64,000 bases of DNA, taken from the NCBI RefSeq assembly GCF_028641065.1, contig NC_073396.1:8804001-8868000 (forward strand), read 5' to 3'. Below, one piece after another: positions 37,601-53,200 of the stretch. Position 1 is the first letter of the stretch. Each line of letters opens with the position of its first letter. The notes beneath the pieces are model-generated. The model saw nothing but the letters and a program-made list of their open reading frames with translations. It was not told the origin of the DNA and searched no databases. The translations under genes and the position numbers were made by a program. The stretch is from Leucoraja erinacea. Its lineage: Eukaryota.

Positions 37601-40400
37601 TCGGACTTGCAACTTTGTACTCTTACTCTGTCACTTAAGAAATATACTTCAAACCACATCTGCACCATCTTTACAGAAATATCTTCTTTCCGTTGATCAG
37701 AAATGAACGCACCGCCGTTGTAAAACCCATTTCCAATCTTGGATCATTGGGATGTGTTTTCCTTTGGTATTAGTACAATAAAGTGATTTAATTGTCCAGG
37801 TGATTATTTTACGGTAACTGAGTAAATACATCAATGTTATTTTAATGAATTCATGGTAAGAATTGTTCTTTTTCCAATTAGAGTAATTTTGAAGACGCGC
37901 TGAATAATCTGCCAGACCCAAAAGATTTTGTTTTGTGGAATACTGTGCAGACAATGCTTAACAAAGAGGTGAGTAAAGAATCATTGCATGTACTGTCTAA
38001 TAGGACAGACTAATAGGAGAATTGCAAATTAGATAGTGGAGTGATGAGGTATGGGGAAGCCAATCAAATTAGATGGGATTATAGTGAGTGAAGAGTTTTA
38101 CGATAGTGTTAGTGTACAGAGATCACTGATCGGCACGAACTCGGTGGGCCGAAGGGCCTGTTTCCACGCTGTCTAATCTAAACTAAACTGCCTTGGATAG
38201 AAGAGAGGTTAAGGGAGTAAGTTTCTGCTCTGCTGTCAAGCCACAGGGAGTGTGACCCAACAGATCTTAGTTTAGAATTAACAATGAGGGCGAAAAAGCA
38301 AAGAACAGGGATAAGAAATATTCATAGCTCTATGCTGTCATTTGTTTACATATTTCTGCAAGTATATTTTTTATTTGATTCCCAAAGTTAACTTGTTACA
38401 TCCATAACTAAATCTTGCCCGTATGAGTAGGGATTGGCAAAGGCATTGGTGGAGGAAAAAAGATAATTACACCCACAGATCACAGTAGAGATATGGGAGT
38501 TCTGTACGGTGGGGAATCAGATTTTGAGCACATTTATGGGATATTTGCCCATTTCCAGCTACATAGGTAGCTTAGTTTAGCTTAGTTAGCTTAGAACCCA
38601 GCAACACGACCCTACAAACACTAGGGACAATTTACACTTTAACCAAGCCAATACCAAGCCATAACCAAGCCATACCTGTACGTCTTTGGAGTGTGGAAGG
38701 AAACCGAAGATCTATGAGAAAACCCACGCGGTCAATGGGACAACATACAAACTCCGTACAGACACACCTGTAGTCGGGATCAACCCTGGGTCTCTGGCGC
38801 CCGAAGGGCTGTTAAACAGTTACTCTACCCCTGCGCCACCGAGCCACCATGTTATAACAGACACTTGGGGGGAAGTATGTGTGGAGTAGACAGGTAACCT
38901 TGCCCAGTACTCTTCACTCGGGGATCAGCAGATAGCCTCTCATTTTCCACAATGTCTCCCATGAAGAACACAAAAATGTTCTGGAAGAAACTTAATAGAT
39001 ATCTTCAGGGGGCCCTGGCAGCCAATAAGGTATCTTCTATGTAGAGCATGGCAACCACAAGGTTTGCTACTTTTGAACCAAACTTTTATTGCCTTTCCAA
39101 TGTGTCTAGGATAATGCTAATCATTAAAATGGGACGGGGTTAGAGAGCAATTGGAATTATAGTAGATGTGATGACATTACAGCTTTGTAGAACACATATT
39201 AAGGCTTTTGGTAGACAGTTGGGTAAGTTCTAGATTTTTTTCATTAAAAAAATGTATATATATAATATACATTTAATTCTGTATATATATAATATATATA
39301 TAAAAGAATATGACTATTTTATATCTATATGTAATATATATATATGTATATATATAAAAGAATATTGAGGGGGGATCTTATAGAAACGTACAAAATTCTT
39401 CAGGGATTGGACAGGCTAGATGCAGGAAGATTGTTCCTGATGTTGAGGAAGTCCAGGACAAGGGGTCACGTCTTAAGGATAAAGGGGAAATCCTTTAGAA
39501 CCGAGATGAGAAGAACATTTTTCACGCAGAGTGTGGTGAATCTCTGGAACTCTCTGCCACAGAAGGTAGTTGAGGCCAGTTCATTGGCTATATTTAAGAG
39601 GGAGTTAGATGTGGCCCTTGTGGCTAGAGGGATCAGGGGGTATGGAGCGAAGGCAGGTACGGGATACTGAGTTGGATGATCAGCCATGATCATATTGAAT
39701 GGCGGTACAGGCTCGAAGGACCGAATAGCCTACTCCTGCACCTATTTTCTATGTTTCTAATATAGAAATAAAAGAATATATAGATATAATTCTGGGGCTG
39801 CATTTTCATTAGGTAGCTGGCAATTTTAATTGAGAGAAGGAATGGGTGACGTTTCGGAGTATGAAGAAGCGTCTCAACCCAAAATGTCACCCATTCCTTC
39901 TCTCCAGAGATGCTGCCAGTTACTCTAACATTTTGTGTCTACCTTTGATTTAAACCAGCATCTGCAGTTCTTTCCTACACATGGCAATTTTAATTGACAA
40001 CTTCAGTTTCTGGAAAAGCTGCGAGTAAAGTTCTTTTTAAAAAAAATAGAATCACCAATGTATTATATTGCATCTGGCTGTTTCTCTTTTAATCGTAATC
40101 GGGTATTTTTAATGCATGTTAAATAATTTAAATATAATGTCTGTCTTTATTCAAGGTGCTGTTGAGTACATTCAGGATTTGGTTCTAATTGTTATAATAA
40201 AACACCATGCCCTGTATATAAGCATTTTTATCCATTATTGATAATTGGAACTGCCTTGGATATTAATAATAAATTTAATCATTTCTATTTTTATACTTAG
40301 CTTGATTATAATTCAAAAATATCTTTGCTCGCCCTTCAACCAGAATTGATGGAACTGGAGACGAATGATGAAGGTCAAAAGGTGGTAAGTAAAATCACAT

Positions 40401-40431
<31 letters not shown>

Positions 40432-41218
40432 CATTTTTTATGAATTTGTGTTTTGTATTCTAGTTATTGGTTTCCAGTTAGAATGTAATAAAGCTGTTTT
40501 GTTTCGCTGATACTTGGAACTGATTGGAGAAATTTTGGACTTCGGAAGAAATGTCATCGTGACTGACTGATATTATAATGCTGTCGACCAGGTCTAACAG
40601 ACATCTGTCTTTCGTTGCATTGAAATTTTTAATTGAATAAGGATAACACATTGGATAGATAACTCTAAATTTCCAGTTCAAAAGGAGAAGTGCTTGCTGA
40701 CTTTAATCCTAGAATTACATGGTTTATGATCCCTTCTTGCACCAAAGGCAAGTTTTCTCACATTCATTTTCTCTACTTTGAACATTTGTCGGCACTGGGC
40801 CCTGCACTCACTGGAGTTTAGAAGATTGAGGGGGGGCCTCGTTGAAGCATACATAATAGAGATAGGCTTGGATAATGTGGATGTGGGGAGGATGTTTCCA
40901 TTAGTGGGAGAGTCTAGAACTAGAGGTCATGGCCTCAGAATTAAAGGACCTTCTTTTAGGAAGGAGATGAGAAGGAATTTCTTTACTCAGAGGGTGGTGA
41001 ATCTGTGGAATTCTTTTCCACAGAAGGCTATAGAGGCCAAGTCAGTGGATATTTTTAAGGCAGAGATAGATAAATTCTTGATTAGTACGGGTGTCAGAGG
41101 TTATGGGGAGAAGACAGGAGAATAGGGTTAGGAGGGAGAGATAGATCAGTCATTTGAATGGCAGAATAGACTTGACGGGCCGAATGGCCTAATTCCTTAT
41201 GACCTACCACACGCCTGC

Positions 41219-41265
<47 letters not shown>

Positions 41266-44200
41266 TCTCTTCTGAATCCGTCTCTATAGGTTTCTGGGGC
41301 AGGGATATAAGGATTCACGAACCTCAAGATGAAGTCTCCATCTTCATCTCAAACTGTGCACCTTTTTATTCTGAAACCATGACTCCGTGTAGGCAGTGCC
41401 CGAGCATTCTCTTTCCCTTGTGAACCCTCCTCAACAGCATAATCAGTAATTATAGGGTCAACCTCGTTATCCCAGCGATCGATCTAGAGAATCTTCTCTG
41501 AAATGCCACCAAAGTCAATCTTTCCCTGCATAAATAAGGAGATCAAGTCATTCCATCAATTTGTTCATTTACTTTTACTTCTCCACAGATATTTTGTCAA
41601 GCTCAGTCCTACTTTTCATTTTGCAAATACTTTTATGTTTCGTCTTGTGTCCTTGCTCATTAACTTCACACCATTGTCGACTTGTATTGCTGAGATTCTT
41701 CGAGCAACCATACTCTCTTATCCATGAATGTTCCTTCCATCTATCATCTATAGTGAATTTCTTCTTTGTAAACCATCGATAAGGATTTTGTGCCTTGGTG
41801 TTAAGGTCATGTTCACAAAATCTCTTGTAGAGAAGTGACCAAATAGTAGACAATGTTTAAAGTAAAAGTGGGGGAGGGGGGAGGCGAAAAGCAAACATCA
41901 TTGATGGGAGGTATTCAGATAGATTTAAAGCCCTGTCCCACGGTACGAATTCATTCCAAGAGTTCTCCCGAGTTTGCCCTGATTCGAACTCGTAGAAATT
42001 CGAATTCTGATTCGAGCTCTCGTGGACATTTTTCATCATGTTGAAAAGTCTTCACGAGTCTTCCTGTGCTTACTTGCCGTTAGCGAGTCTTCCCGAGTAC
42101 CTGCCGTTAGTACTCAGAGACTTCCCCGAGCTCCGACGTACCCGCTACGTTCATTCTCCGTGCTTACCAAGAGTTTGATTTTTTTTTAACTCGGGAGAGC
42201 TCTTGGAATGAACTTGTACCGTGGGACGGGGCTATTAAGCTTCCATTTAATTACTTGTGCTCCAAGTACAATTTTTGGTCCCATTTCCCAAAGCTAGCTT
42301 GCTATGTAAATAATAAAAAATCTTTATTTTAAATGAAATTGGAACTTTTTCTTTTGGAAAATAATAAAGAACTTATGACCATATCCATACATCGATGAAG
42401 CAACACAAAACATTGCGTTTAACCATGGGTCTGTTCTTTACTCGATCTTTTTCAAAAATACGCTTCCATGTTGCATTTGGCTAATGATTACATAAAAGGT
42501 TGGGACAAATTGTACAGAACATTAGAGGGTTCTCAAATATTGTGTTTTTTAAATTCAAAAACATTATTCAATTACCTGTATTAAAAAAAATAATATTACA
42601 CTACAATGAAACAAACCAGAACTCACCACTATAATACAATACAAACAAATATCCTTTATAAACTACTGTACAAGTATCTTACACTCCTTGTCAAGGATGC
42701 ATTCATCACTCTGCTCAAATATTGTGTATTGCCAGGCCATAGATGGTAGGGAGACTTTTAGCTAAATCAAAAATAACCCAAGGCCTTTTCATTGTGTTAG
42801 AACATTTTCAGATCTATAATAGTTAACCTCTTGGGCTCAACGCCACTGGTCATTCCCTTGTCTTTTTCTTTGTGAATATTTGGCTTTCTACTGCCCAATA
42901 TCTAGTCAAATAATAACTTGAACTAGCTTGCTAACGGTGGCTCATTGATGGACATGCTAGATACTACAAGCTGACGTGCTGCCAGATGGAGACTGGTATT
43001 GGGAATGAGCTGCCAGAGGAGATTGTGGATTTGGGACAGGAACCACATTTAAGAATCATCTTGACAGGTTCTTGAAAGTACATGGCATAGTAGGATATGA
43101 GATTAATGTAGCCAAGTGGGATGAGTAAAAATGGGCATGATGGTCAGCATTGCTACGATGGACCAAAGGGCTTGTTTCTACGCTGTACAACACTGACTTT
43201 ATAAAGTGGTTGATACAAGTGCCATATGTTCCAAAATCGCCAGAGCTCCCACTTTTGTGTCGAGTTGGTACAGGTGCCTTGATCCATCAACTTTTGGATA
43301 TTTGGGGATGTGAAGAAGGAAATGACACTGAGATCAAATATTAGCCGTGGCCTTGCGAATAGCAGAACAAGTGTGAGGGGTTGAATGGCCTCCTCTTTCA
43401 GCTTTTATTCTATATTTTAGATGTTAGAAGTGCAAAGAGTTACAATAATATCTGCATCAGTGCAAGCATTTCAGAGCTTGTTGATCTTGGATCAGTTTAG
43501 TTTGGAGAAAACAGTCCCTTCGCCCCACTGAGTCCCTGCCGACCAACAAACACCCGTACACTAGTTCTATCCTACACAATAGGGACAACTTACAGAAGCC
43601 AATTGACCTACAAACCTGCTCGTCTTTGGAGTGTGGGAGGAAACTGGAGTGCCTGGAGAAAACCCATGCAGTCACAAGGGGAAAGTACAAACCCCGTACA
43701 GAAAGCACCCATGGTCAGGATCAAACCCGGGTCTCTGGTGCCGTAACATGGCCCAATGTGGATTGCAGTATAGCAGGTTGAGTATCCATGACAATGAAGT
43801 GCCAAACTAGAGAAAGTGAAAGCACAAAACTGTATGCAGGTTAAACCATGGATGCACCAGACTGAAGGGGGCCAAACAATCCCAGCACCAACAGATCAGA
43901 TCAAGTATGGCAATCCAGCCAACATCAGCCATGAAATGTGCTGGGCAGTTTATCTAAGATGAAGGAAGATGCAAGAAATTCCCTATTCCTATGATGGGAA
44001 TATCAGCACAAGTGCAAAAGGCTAGGTTTTTTTGGCACATTGGCCTTCATCAGTCATAGTATTGAGTATAGAAATTGGGAGGTCATGTTGCAGTTGTATA
44101 AGACGTTGGTAAGGCCACATTTAGAGTATTGTGTTCAGTTCTGGGCACCGTGTTATTGGAAAGCTGTTGTCAAGCTGGAAGGGGTGCAGAGAAGATTTAC

Positions 44201-47200
44201 GAGGGTGTTGCCAGGACTAGAGGGTCTGAGCTATAGGCAGTAGGCTGGGACTCTATCCCCTTGGCGTGCAGGAGGATGAGGTGATCTCATAGAAGTGTAT
44301 AAGATCATGAGAGGAATAGATCTGGTAGATGCACAGTCTCTTGCCCAGGGTAGGCGAATCAAGGACCAGAGGACATAGGCTTAGGATGAAAGGGAAAAGA
44401 TTTAATAGGAATCTGAGGGGTAACATTTTTGCACAAAGGGTGGTGGGTGTATGGAACAAAATGCCAGAGGAGGTAGTTGAGGCAGGAACTATCTCAACAT
44501 TTAAGAAGCAGTTAGACAGGTACATGAATAGAAGGTACACAAAAAAGCTGGAGAAACTCAGCGGGTGCAGCAGCATCTATGGAGCAAAGGAAATAGGCAA
44601 CGTTTCGGGCCGAAACCCTTCTTCAGACTGATCGGGGGCGGGGGTGGGCGGGGACAAGAAAGGAAAAAGGAGGAGGAGCCCGAAGGCTGGGGGATGGGAG
44701 GAGACAGCAGGGGGACTGAGGAAGGGGAGGAGACAGCAAGGACTAACAAAATTGGGAGAATTCGATGTTCATGCCCCCAGGATGCAGACTCCCCAAACGG
44801 AATATGAGGTACAAAATAGATCTTAAACACAGGTACATGGATAGGACTGGTTTGGAAGGGTAAAGACCAAATGCTGGCAGGTGGGACTCGCGTAGCTGGG
44901 ACATGTTGGCCGGTGTGTGGAAACGTTGGGTCAAAGGGCCTGTTTCCACACTGTATCACTTTATGACTCTAGGTATTATCAGCCAGGCAGCATAGTGGAC
45001 AGCGGTAGAGTTGCTGCCTTACAGCGCCAGAGACACGGGTTTGATCCTGACTACGGGCGCTGTCTGTACAGAATTTGTACTTTCTCCCCATGGCTGCGTG
45101 GGTTTTCTCCGGGTGCTCTTGTACTCCCAAACGCCAAAGAGGTGCAGGTTGTAGGTTAATTGACTTCATTAGGTTGTAAAATTGTCCCCAGTGTGTGTAG
45201 GATAGTGTTAGAGGTTGGGGTGATTGCTGGTCGGCACAGACTGGATGGGCCGAAGGGCCTGTTTCCACGTTGTATCTCTAAAGTGTAAATTCCAAATACT
45301 GAGTGGATTCTCTTCATAAAGACCATTCCCCTCACAAGGTTAAACTGGTCTGATTAATTTTGCATAGTTTCAGAAAACAGTTGAAACTACCAAGTGTGTT
45401 GTTGAGTGTCACTGACTGTGGTGCTGAAAACGTGAGCTTCATAGATGATAGATTCTCCACCCAGACTCTTTCACTACAGCTCCATACTGCCATCTACCTG
45501 TCAGGGTGAAATAATAACCATATAATAACCATATAACAATTACAGCACGGAAACATGCCATCTCGGCCCTACAAGTCCATGCCGAACAAATTTTTTTCCC
45601 CTTAGTCCCACCTGCCTGCACTCGTACCATACCCTCCATTCCCTTCTCATCCATATGCCTATCCAATTTATTTTTAAATGATACCAATGAACCTGCCTCC
45701 ACCACTTCCACTGGGAGCTCATTCCACACCACCACATAATGCACAAGACGTCCAGTGCAAAATGTGCAGCAGAAATTAAACCTCCTCATCATTATTGTGG
45801 ACCAGCAAAGTTATGGAAGGCTTTGTCAACAGTGACTTCTGATATTATCACCAATAATAAGAATAAGATAGACACAAAATGCTGGAGCAATTCAGCGTGA
45901 CAGGCAGCATCTCCGACGAGAAGGAATGGGTGACGTTTCAGGTCCAGACCCTTCATCAGATCTTTTTTGGTGACGCAAGAAACTGCAGATGCTGGAACCT
46001 TGAGCAAAAGACAAAGTGCTGGAGGAATTGGGTGGGCACTGTCTTGTTGTTCAGTTTAGTTTAGTTTCGAGGTACAGCATGGAAACATGCCACGAGTACC
46101 TACGACTGGCATCACGGCCTGCTACGACCTACCGACGACCTCGTGACGACCATGCTTGCGAGTATGAGTCACGTTTAAACTCCGCAGAGGTCGTGAATTA
46201 GGTGGTGAAAGTGGGACAGGCCCATTGCTTAGATAAAGATTGCGAAAAGTGAAAATGGGGCATTTTCGTTCAATTTTGTTCTATGGTGAAAATAAGATGC
46301 CAATTTCCTGTAAAGAGACTTTGAATGTCTTGTTCTCTTTTTCCTATTTTCTTTTCTTCAACTTTCTTCATCTTTTTTCTTTTTCTTCACATACTACATA
46401 TCTCACGTCTTTTTGTCCTTTACTATCTAACTTCATTTTTCTTATTCTTATCTTTCTTTATAATAACAAAAAAAAAATAAGAAGCTGTACATAAAATGTA
46501 TTATGAAAATATATATTAGGCACTTTGGTGCCATATGATTGTACTTATACTTCTAATAAAATAAAATATTAAAAAAGACTTTGAATGATGTTTAGTTTTT
46601 GTAATCAACTATAGGGTGTGTTTTATGCTTACTGTTAGAAAAATAATGCAAATGTGTGTTTGGGAAGCCTACTGGGTATATGCATTGTAAAAAAAGCCGA
46701 CCTGAGGATTAATTCACTGTTTTTGTCTTTGCTTAAGCCTTCAGCACAGCGAACCCCAGCCTTAACCGCTCTGCATCAACTGTCTCAATTGCCAACCCTA
46801 CACGAGAGTCTTAAAATCAGAGTAGATTTGCTGGAAGAGGAACTCAAACGCCAAATGGAGGAATTAGGTCAGCCGCAACATGCAGACAGAGATACAAGAA
46901 TCGTGACACAAAACTCGTTTTGGTCATATACCGTTCATTCATTTGTTCTTTGTACCTTTTCATACCTCTCGCTTCCCTCTCCCCTGACTCTCAGTCTGAA
47001 GAAGGGTCTCGACCCGAAACGTCACCCATTCCTGTTCTCCAGAGATGCTGCCTGACCCGCGGAGTTCCTCCAGCATTTTGTACCTATCCTCGTTTGTAAA
47101 TAATGCTTGACCAAATTCAGAGTAAATTGAGAGTGCGGGGACTGGAGGATATTTTAATGTATTCTCCATTTTATGAGGGTATTCATCTCTTAAAAGCATG

Positions 47201-50200
47201 AGGGAGGACTCCCTGGTTTGAAGCTTCTTGGCAGATCTACCCAGAACAATTGGTTAGTCACCAGGAGAATGAGCTTCACCAAAGCGGTATCATCTATTCT
47301 ATCTCTCCCCGGGGTGGGAAGTGCACGATACACGATCCAAGCAGAGAAAGAAAGATTTCTTTCCAGGGCGGCAAGGTGGTGCAGCGGTAGAGTCGCTGCC
47401 TCATGTGGTATCCAGTCAGTGGAAAGACTATACATGATTACAATCAAGCTGTTCATAGCGTACAGATACTGGATAAAGGAATAACGTTTAATGCAAGATA
47501 AAATCCAGTAGTCTCAAAATCAATTGTGTCTGTAGGCGCATGAGTGCTGTAAGCACATAAGTGATGCTACATATGATTTAGTTTAGATTAGAGATACAGC
47601 ACGGAAAGAGGCCTTTCGGCCCACCGAGTCCGCACCGACCAGCGATCCCCACACAATAACACTATCCCACACACACTTGGGACAATTGACTTATACCAAG
47701 CCAATTTACCTACAAACCTGTACGTCTTTAGAGTGAATGCAATGTTTGGATCCCTGCAATTTGTGGAAGTCTCCAATTGTAGCAAGTTGCTTTGCCTGCG
47801 TGTGGATGAAAGGAAGTATATTAAGTCCCCTCTGCCAGAATATGAAGTGTGGAGGAGTTTATAGCAGTGATTAGCCATCTATGAGATTCAATGGTTCAAT
47901 TATATGATGGGAGAGGGGTGAAGAGGGAGTGAGACTGGTCCTTGATTATGCTGGTGGCCTTGCTGAGGCAGCATGAAGTGTAGATGGAGTCAATGATAGG
48001 CTGGTTGCTTTGCGTGATGGTCTGGGCTGCGACCATAATACTCTGCAACATCTTGCATTGTGGCAGGGACAGAGGGGAGAGCCCTTCACAACTCTGGCTA
48101 CTTCGATTCGCGCAGTATAATGCACTGTGTCAATTTGAGCACGTTTTTTTATTTTAATCCATTGCAAGATCCTTCAGATGCCAACAGTTTTGCCGCACAG
48201 ATGTGAACGTGGGAGCCAGTATTGGACCACGGCAACAATACCGTTCTTCCATTCATATGGAGAGAGGCTAGTTCAAGATTAGCTGCTGCAATGATATGTG
48301 GAAGGAGTCTCAGAGAGTTTACCTGATGGAGATCCTTGGGAAAGGTGCTCTTTGTGCAAGGGTTTACACAGAGATCTGAGAGTGGCAGGGTGGCGCAGCG
48401 GTAGAGTTGCTGCCTTACGGCGCCAGAGACCCGGGTTCGATCCTGACCACGGGTGCTGTTTGCACGGAGTTTGTACATTCATTCTCTGTGTGGGTTTACT
48501 CCGAAATCATCAGCTACCTCCCACACTCCAAAGATGTACAGGTTTGTAGGTTATTTGGTTTGTTATAACTGTAAATTGTCCCTAGTTTGTGTAGGACAGC
48601 GTTAATGTGCGGGGATCGCTGGTCAGTGCGGATTCGGTGAGCTGAAGGGCCTATTTTCGCCCTGTATTTCTAACCTAAATGAAATCTTTTAAGGAGACAG
48701 TCTCAAAATCAATTGTGTCTGTAGGCGCATGAGTGGTGTAAGCACATAAGTGATGCTACATATGATTCAGTTTAGATTAGAGATACAGCACGGAAAGAGG
48801 CCTTTCGGCCCACCGAGTCCGCACCGACCAGCGATCCCCACACATTAACACTATCCCACACACACTTGGGACAATTGACTTATACCAAGCCAATTTACCT
48901 ACAAACCTGTACGTCTTTAGAGTGAATGCAATGTTTGGATCCCTGCAATTTGTGGAAGCCTCCAATTGTAGCAAGTTGCTTCGCCTGCTTGTGTGGATGA
49001 AAGGAAGTAATTTAAGTCCCCTCTTATCAGAATATGAAGTGTGGAGGAGTTTATAGCAGTGATTAGCCATCTATGAGATTCAATGGTTCAATTATATTTT
49101 ACCACATGCATCTAGGAACAGTGAAATGCTTTGTTTTGCATACAACCCGGTAAATGAATACAGCAGACCTCACCGAGGCAGCACACAAGAGTTGCCACGT
49201 TTCTGGTGCCTAAATGCGGTATAACTCCTTGTGAATGATTCTGAAACTAGGAAGTCTAACATGACCTTAACTTTAATGATGGGGCACCTTGTGAAGACCA
49301 GTGCAGTTAATAATCTTGCTGGAATCACAGATCGCCTGTAGCATTATTCTTGACATTAGCTTGACCAGAATTCTGTTTCTAGTTCCGACAAAAAACCCAC
49401 TGGATAAGCATGGACTTAATTTCCTATCAGGCGAAGAGATATCCAGGATCAGTTTTGTTCTATTCCAGGTGACACCACATATCATTTGCCTCGCACTTTG
49501 TATTTCAGCCATGTTAGAATACATTTCTCGGTCTTATTGCCAGAATGAGACATTTAGGTTGAATGAAAAAAGAACAATGCTTTACGGTTATTGGACTTTA
49601 AGCATCAATTTTTAAAAAGTAATTACACAATTTTTTTTAACTGATCTATTTTTAAGAGCAGAGCAATGATAGAGCTTGAATGAAATGGTGAGTTATGTCT
49701 GTCTCTTTTCAGAAAAGAAAGGTGTTCCTGATGATCTGTTGATGAGATTGGACTTACTCGAGAATGGAGCGCAAATCCAGCAGAATGAAAATAGTCAGGT
49801 TATAACATTTTTTTTTAATTTCAAATTTGTATTGACTTGTCAGACATAGTATTGGTATTTGTTTACTATTTTCGCACCGATACAGTGAAAAACATTGTTT
49901 TGCGTGCTATCCAGGTAGATCATGCTGTACATGAGTACAGTCAAACTGTACATTAGTGTAGCAGGCAGTGCACAAAGAGAAATATATAGTTGCATCTGCA
50001 GAGAAATTGCGGATAATTAAAGAAAAAGTACAAAGGCCATAACAAGATGGATTGGAATATGGGGAATCCATCTTTAAGAGAGAAGAGAATATCAGAGACT
50101 TATGTTCATGTGATAAGGGCAGAATTAGGTCATTTGGCCCATCAAGTCGACTACGCCATTCAATCATGGCTGATCTATCTCATCCTCCTTACATTCTCCT

Positions 50201-53200
50201 GCCTTCTCCCCATAGCCCCTAACACCCGAACTAATCAAGAATCTATCTATCGCTGCCTATATCCAAAGAATATCCATTGACTTGGCCCCCCCGGCCTTCT
50301 GTGTCAATGAATTCCACAGGTTCACCACCCTCTTATTAAAAACTGAAGGGTTCAGCAAAGAAAAAAATCTAAACATTATTCAAGGCAGTGAAGAAAGCTA
50401 ATGGCATGTTGGCCTTCAAAACGAGAGGATTTGAGTAAAGAGGTCCTTCTGCAGTTGTACAGGGCCCTCGTGAGACCACATCTGGGGTAAGCTGGACAAA
50501 CTAGATGCAGGAAAAATGTTCTCAATGTTGGGGGAGCCCTGAAACAGGGGCCACAGTCTAAGAATAAAGGGGAGGCCATTTAAAACTGAGATGAGAAAAA
50601 AACAATTCGCCCAGGTAGTTGTGAATTTGTGGAATTCCCTGCCACAGAAGGCAGTGGAGGCCAATTCACTGAATTAATTTAAAGTTGGATAGAGCTCTTG
50701 GGGCTAGCAGAATCAAGGGGTATGGGGAGAAGGCAGGCACAGGTTACTGATTGTGAATGATCAGCCATTATCACAATGAATGGTGGTGCAGCTTGAAGGG
50801 CTAAATGGCCCCCTCCTGCACCTATTTTCTATGTTTCTATCTGTGTGTTCAGATATTTTGCATTGTAAATTCATTTTGTCAAAAAGTAATTATTTGTAAT
50901 TGAAGGCACTAGACTGCATACTTTGTGTACGGTGACAAGAGACCATGCGATCTACTCACTTGGCCAGCAATACAGCCAATATTGCTTAATTGACTGGAAG
51001 GTGTTTGGTACCTTTTGAAAGATATGAAATACACACGGCGCGTTTTGTCCAATCCATACAATGTTCAAGCCTCCCATTTATCACTATTCATTTCTCCCTC
51101 ATATGCTTATGCAGCCTTCTTTTGAACACTAGCAAACTGTTTGCATCAACTAAGCCCTGTGGTAGTTAGTTCCCTTTCAAAGATGTCGATTGTCTTGGGA
51201 ATCCCCAATTCCCCAGCTGGATGATGTGGAGCTGTCAAAGTCATAAGTGATAGGAGCATAATTCGGCCATTCGGCCCATCAAGCCTACTCCGCCATTCAA
51301 TCATGACTGATCCATCTCTCCCTCCTAATCCCTACTCTCCTGCCATCTCCTCATAGCCCCTGACACCCGCACTAATCAAGAAAGAGGCCTAATAATGTTT
51401 CCTTCTTAATGATGTCTGTGCTTTGCATTTCCATTTCATTAGGATAGAGAATTGTTGGCAGCCCTCAAGAGGAAGTTGGAAGAAATGGAAGAAGATTTTG
51501 AAGGCCGCCTTGCTGTGTTGCAGGCTGACCACGATGAGCTCCAGGTGATCATTTTAGTTTGCGTACTGATTTGAAAGAGTAATTGATTTTGTGGTTTGAT
51601 ATGTTCATTGTTTCAAATAAGCAATCGTCTTTTAAAGTTTTAATTTCAAAGGAAATCCTGATGATTTGAATTGATTTTAATAACATATATATTGTAATTT
51701 CCAACTGTGCTTATGTAGGGTATTCTTGAAAAGTTGGACCAACTTGAGGAAAAGAAGGTTGACAAAGAGTTTTTGGAAATGGAGATTAACGGGGTAAGGA
51801 TATTTTATTAAGAAATGATGAGCTGAAGATTTCAAGACAAACCCTATGTGGTTCATGATAGCAATTAGAAGAGGAGAGCAGAGATTAGGAAATAACATTC
51901 CATAAAGTTTAGAAACATTTCCAATCCTCTGCCCAGAACATCTGAAAAAGCGTTGCTGTTCTGGAGGGATTTGGATTATCCATATACAAGCAAGGGTTAG
52001 AAGAGGGAAGAAATCCTGAAATTAATTCCCACCAACATTGACGTTTCACCAATATCTCTCCTTTTGCAAATGAATCGATGCTCGAGGCCCACCATCAGGT
52101 TCATCACTTGAATTATTTAGTTTAGCATTTTTACATTTTCGGTTAGTTGTGATCGGGAGACATTTCAAGAAGGGTTTTGATCAAAAGGCCTGTCCCACTG
52201 TACGTGCTAATTCAAGAGTTCTCCCGAGTTTCCCCTGATTCGAACTCAGAGAGTTACGGTAATGGCCGCTCGTAGGTACTCGGGGCTCTCGTGGACATTT
52301 TTCAACATGTCGAAATGATGAGCTGAAGATTTCAACAAACATGTTGAAAAATCTTCACGAGTCTTCACGAGTACCTGCCGTTAGCGTTACGAGCCGCTCA
52401 GAGACGTCCCCAGCTCCAACGTACCCGCTACGTACATTCTACGTGCTTACCATGAGTTTGATTTATTTTTTAAACTCTTGAATTACCTCGTACAGTGGGA
52501 CAGACCCTTAAGAGTTGTTTGGTTCACACGGTTACTGATCACATCACATGTAGGACACCTTACCCTTCCACGTCTCCATGTCTCTCCCCTGACTCTCAGT
52601 CTGAAGAAGGGTCTCGACCCAAAATGTCACCCGATTCCTTCTCTCCAGAGATACTGCCTGTCCCGCTGAGTTCCTCCAGCATCCTGTGTCTATCTTCGGT
52701 GTAGACCAGCATCTGCAGTTCCTTCCTACACATCTGGGAATACAATTGTGTTTTACAATAAGAATACATAGAGGTTGGAATGCCTGTACCTCAGTATCAT
52801 TGTCATGGTTTCATGGCAACAGCTGTTATGCAAGAGATTCCAAAGATGCAGAGATCACTACAAACAGGCACAGAAGACAAAGCAGATGTGGGGGAGGGTT
52901 AGTTTAAATTAGCTTAGAAATACAGAGCAGAAACAGGCCCTTCAGCCCACCAGGTCCGCACTGCCCAGCGATTCCCACATTCTAACACTATCCTACACAC
53001 AATTTATTATTTTTTATACCAAGTCAATTAACCTACAAACCTATACATCTTTGGCGTGTGGGATGAAAGCAAAGATCTCTGAGAAAAATGATAATAAATA
53101 GTTGAACTGGTAACAGATTTCTTTAGATTTTATTTTGCACTTCATAGATACAGTGTGGAAACAGGCCATTTGGCCCTCTGAGTTCATCAGTGATACCCCA

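Noticed and set aside
43421-43500. Possible additional C16orf96-like exon after TATATTTTAG
   Set aside because: There is no convincing donor, it runs into a SINE tail, and exons 5 and 6 already join in phase.
48383-48450. tRNA-like A/B boxes
   Set aside because: This is the head of a V-SINE, not a tRNA gene; the same applies to the other copies.
47510-49097. Direct repeats as LTRs of a retrotransposon
   Set aside because: There are no TG..CA termini, PBS/PPT or internal gag/pol remnants, and the repeat contains a SINE fragment.
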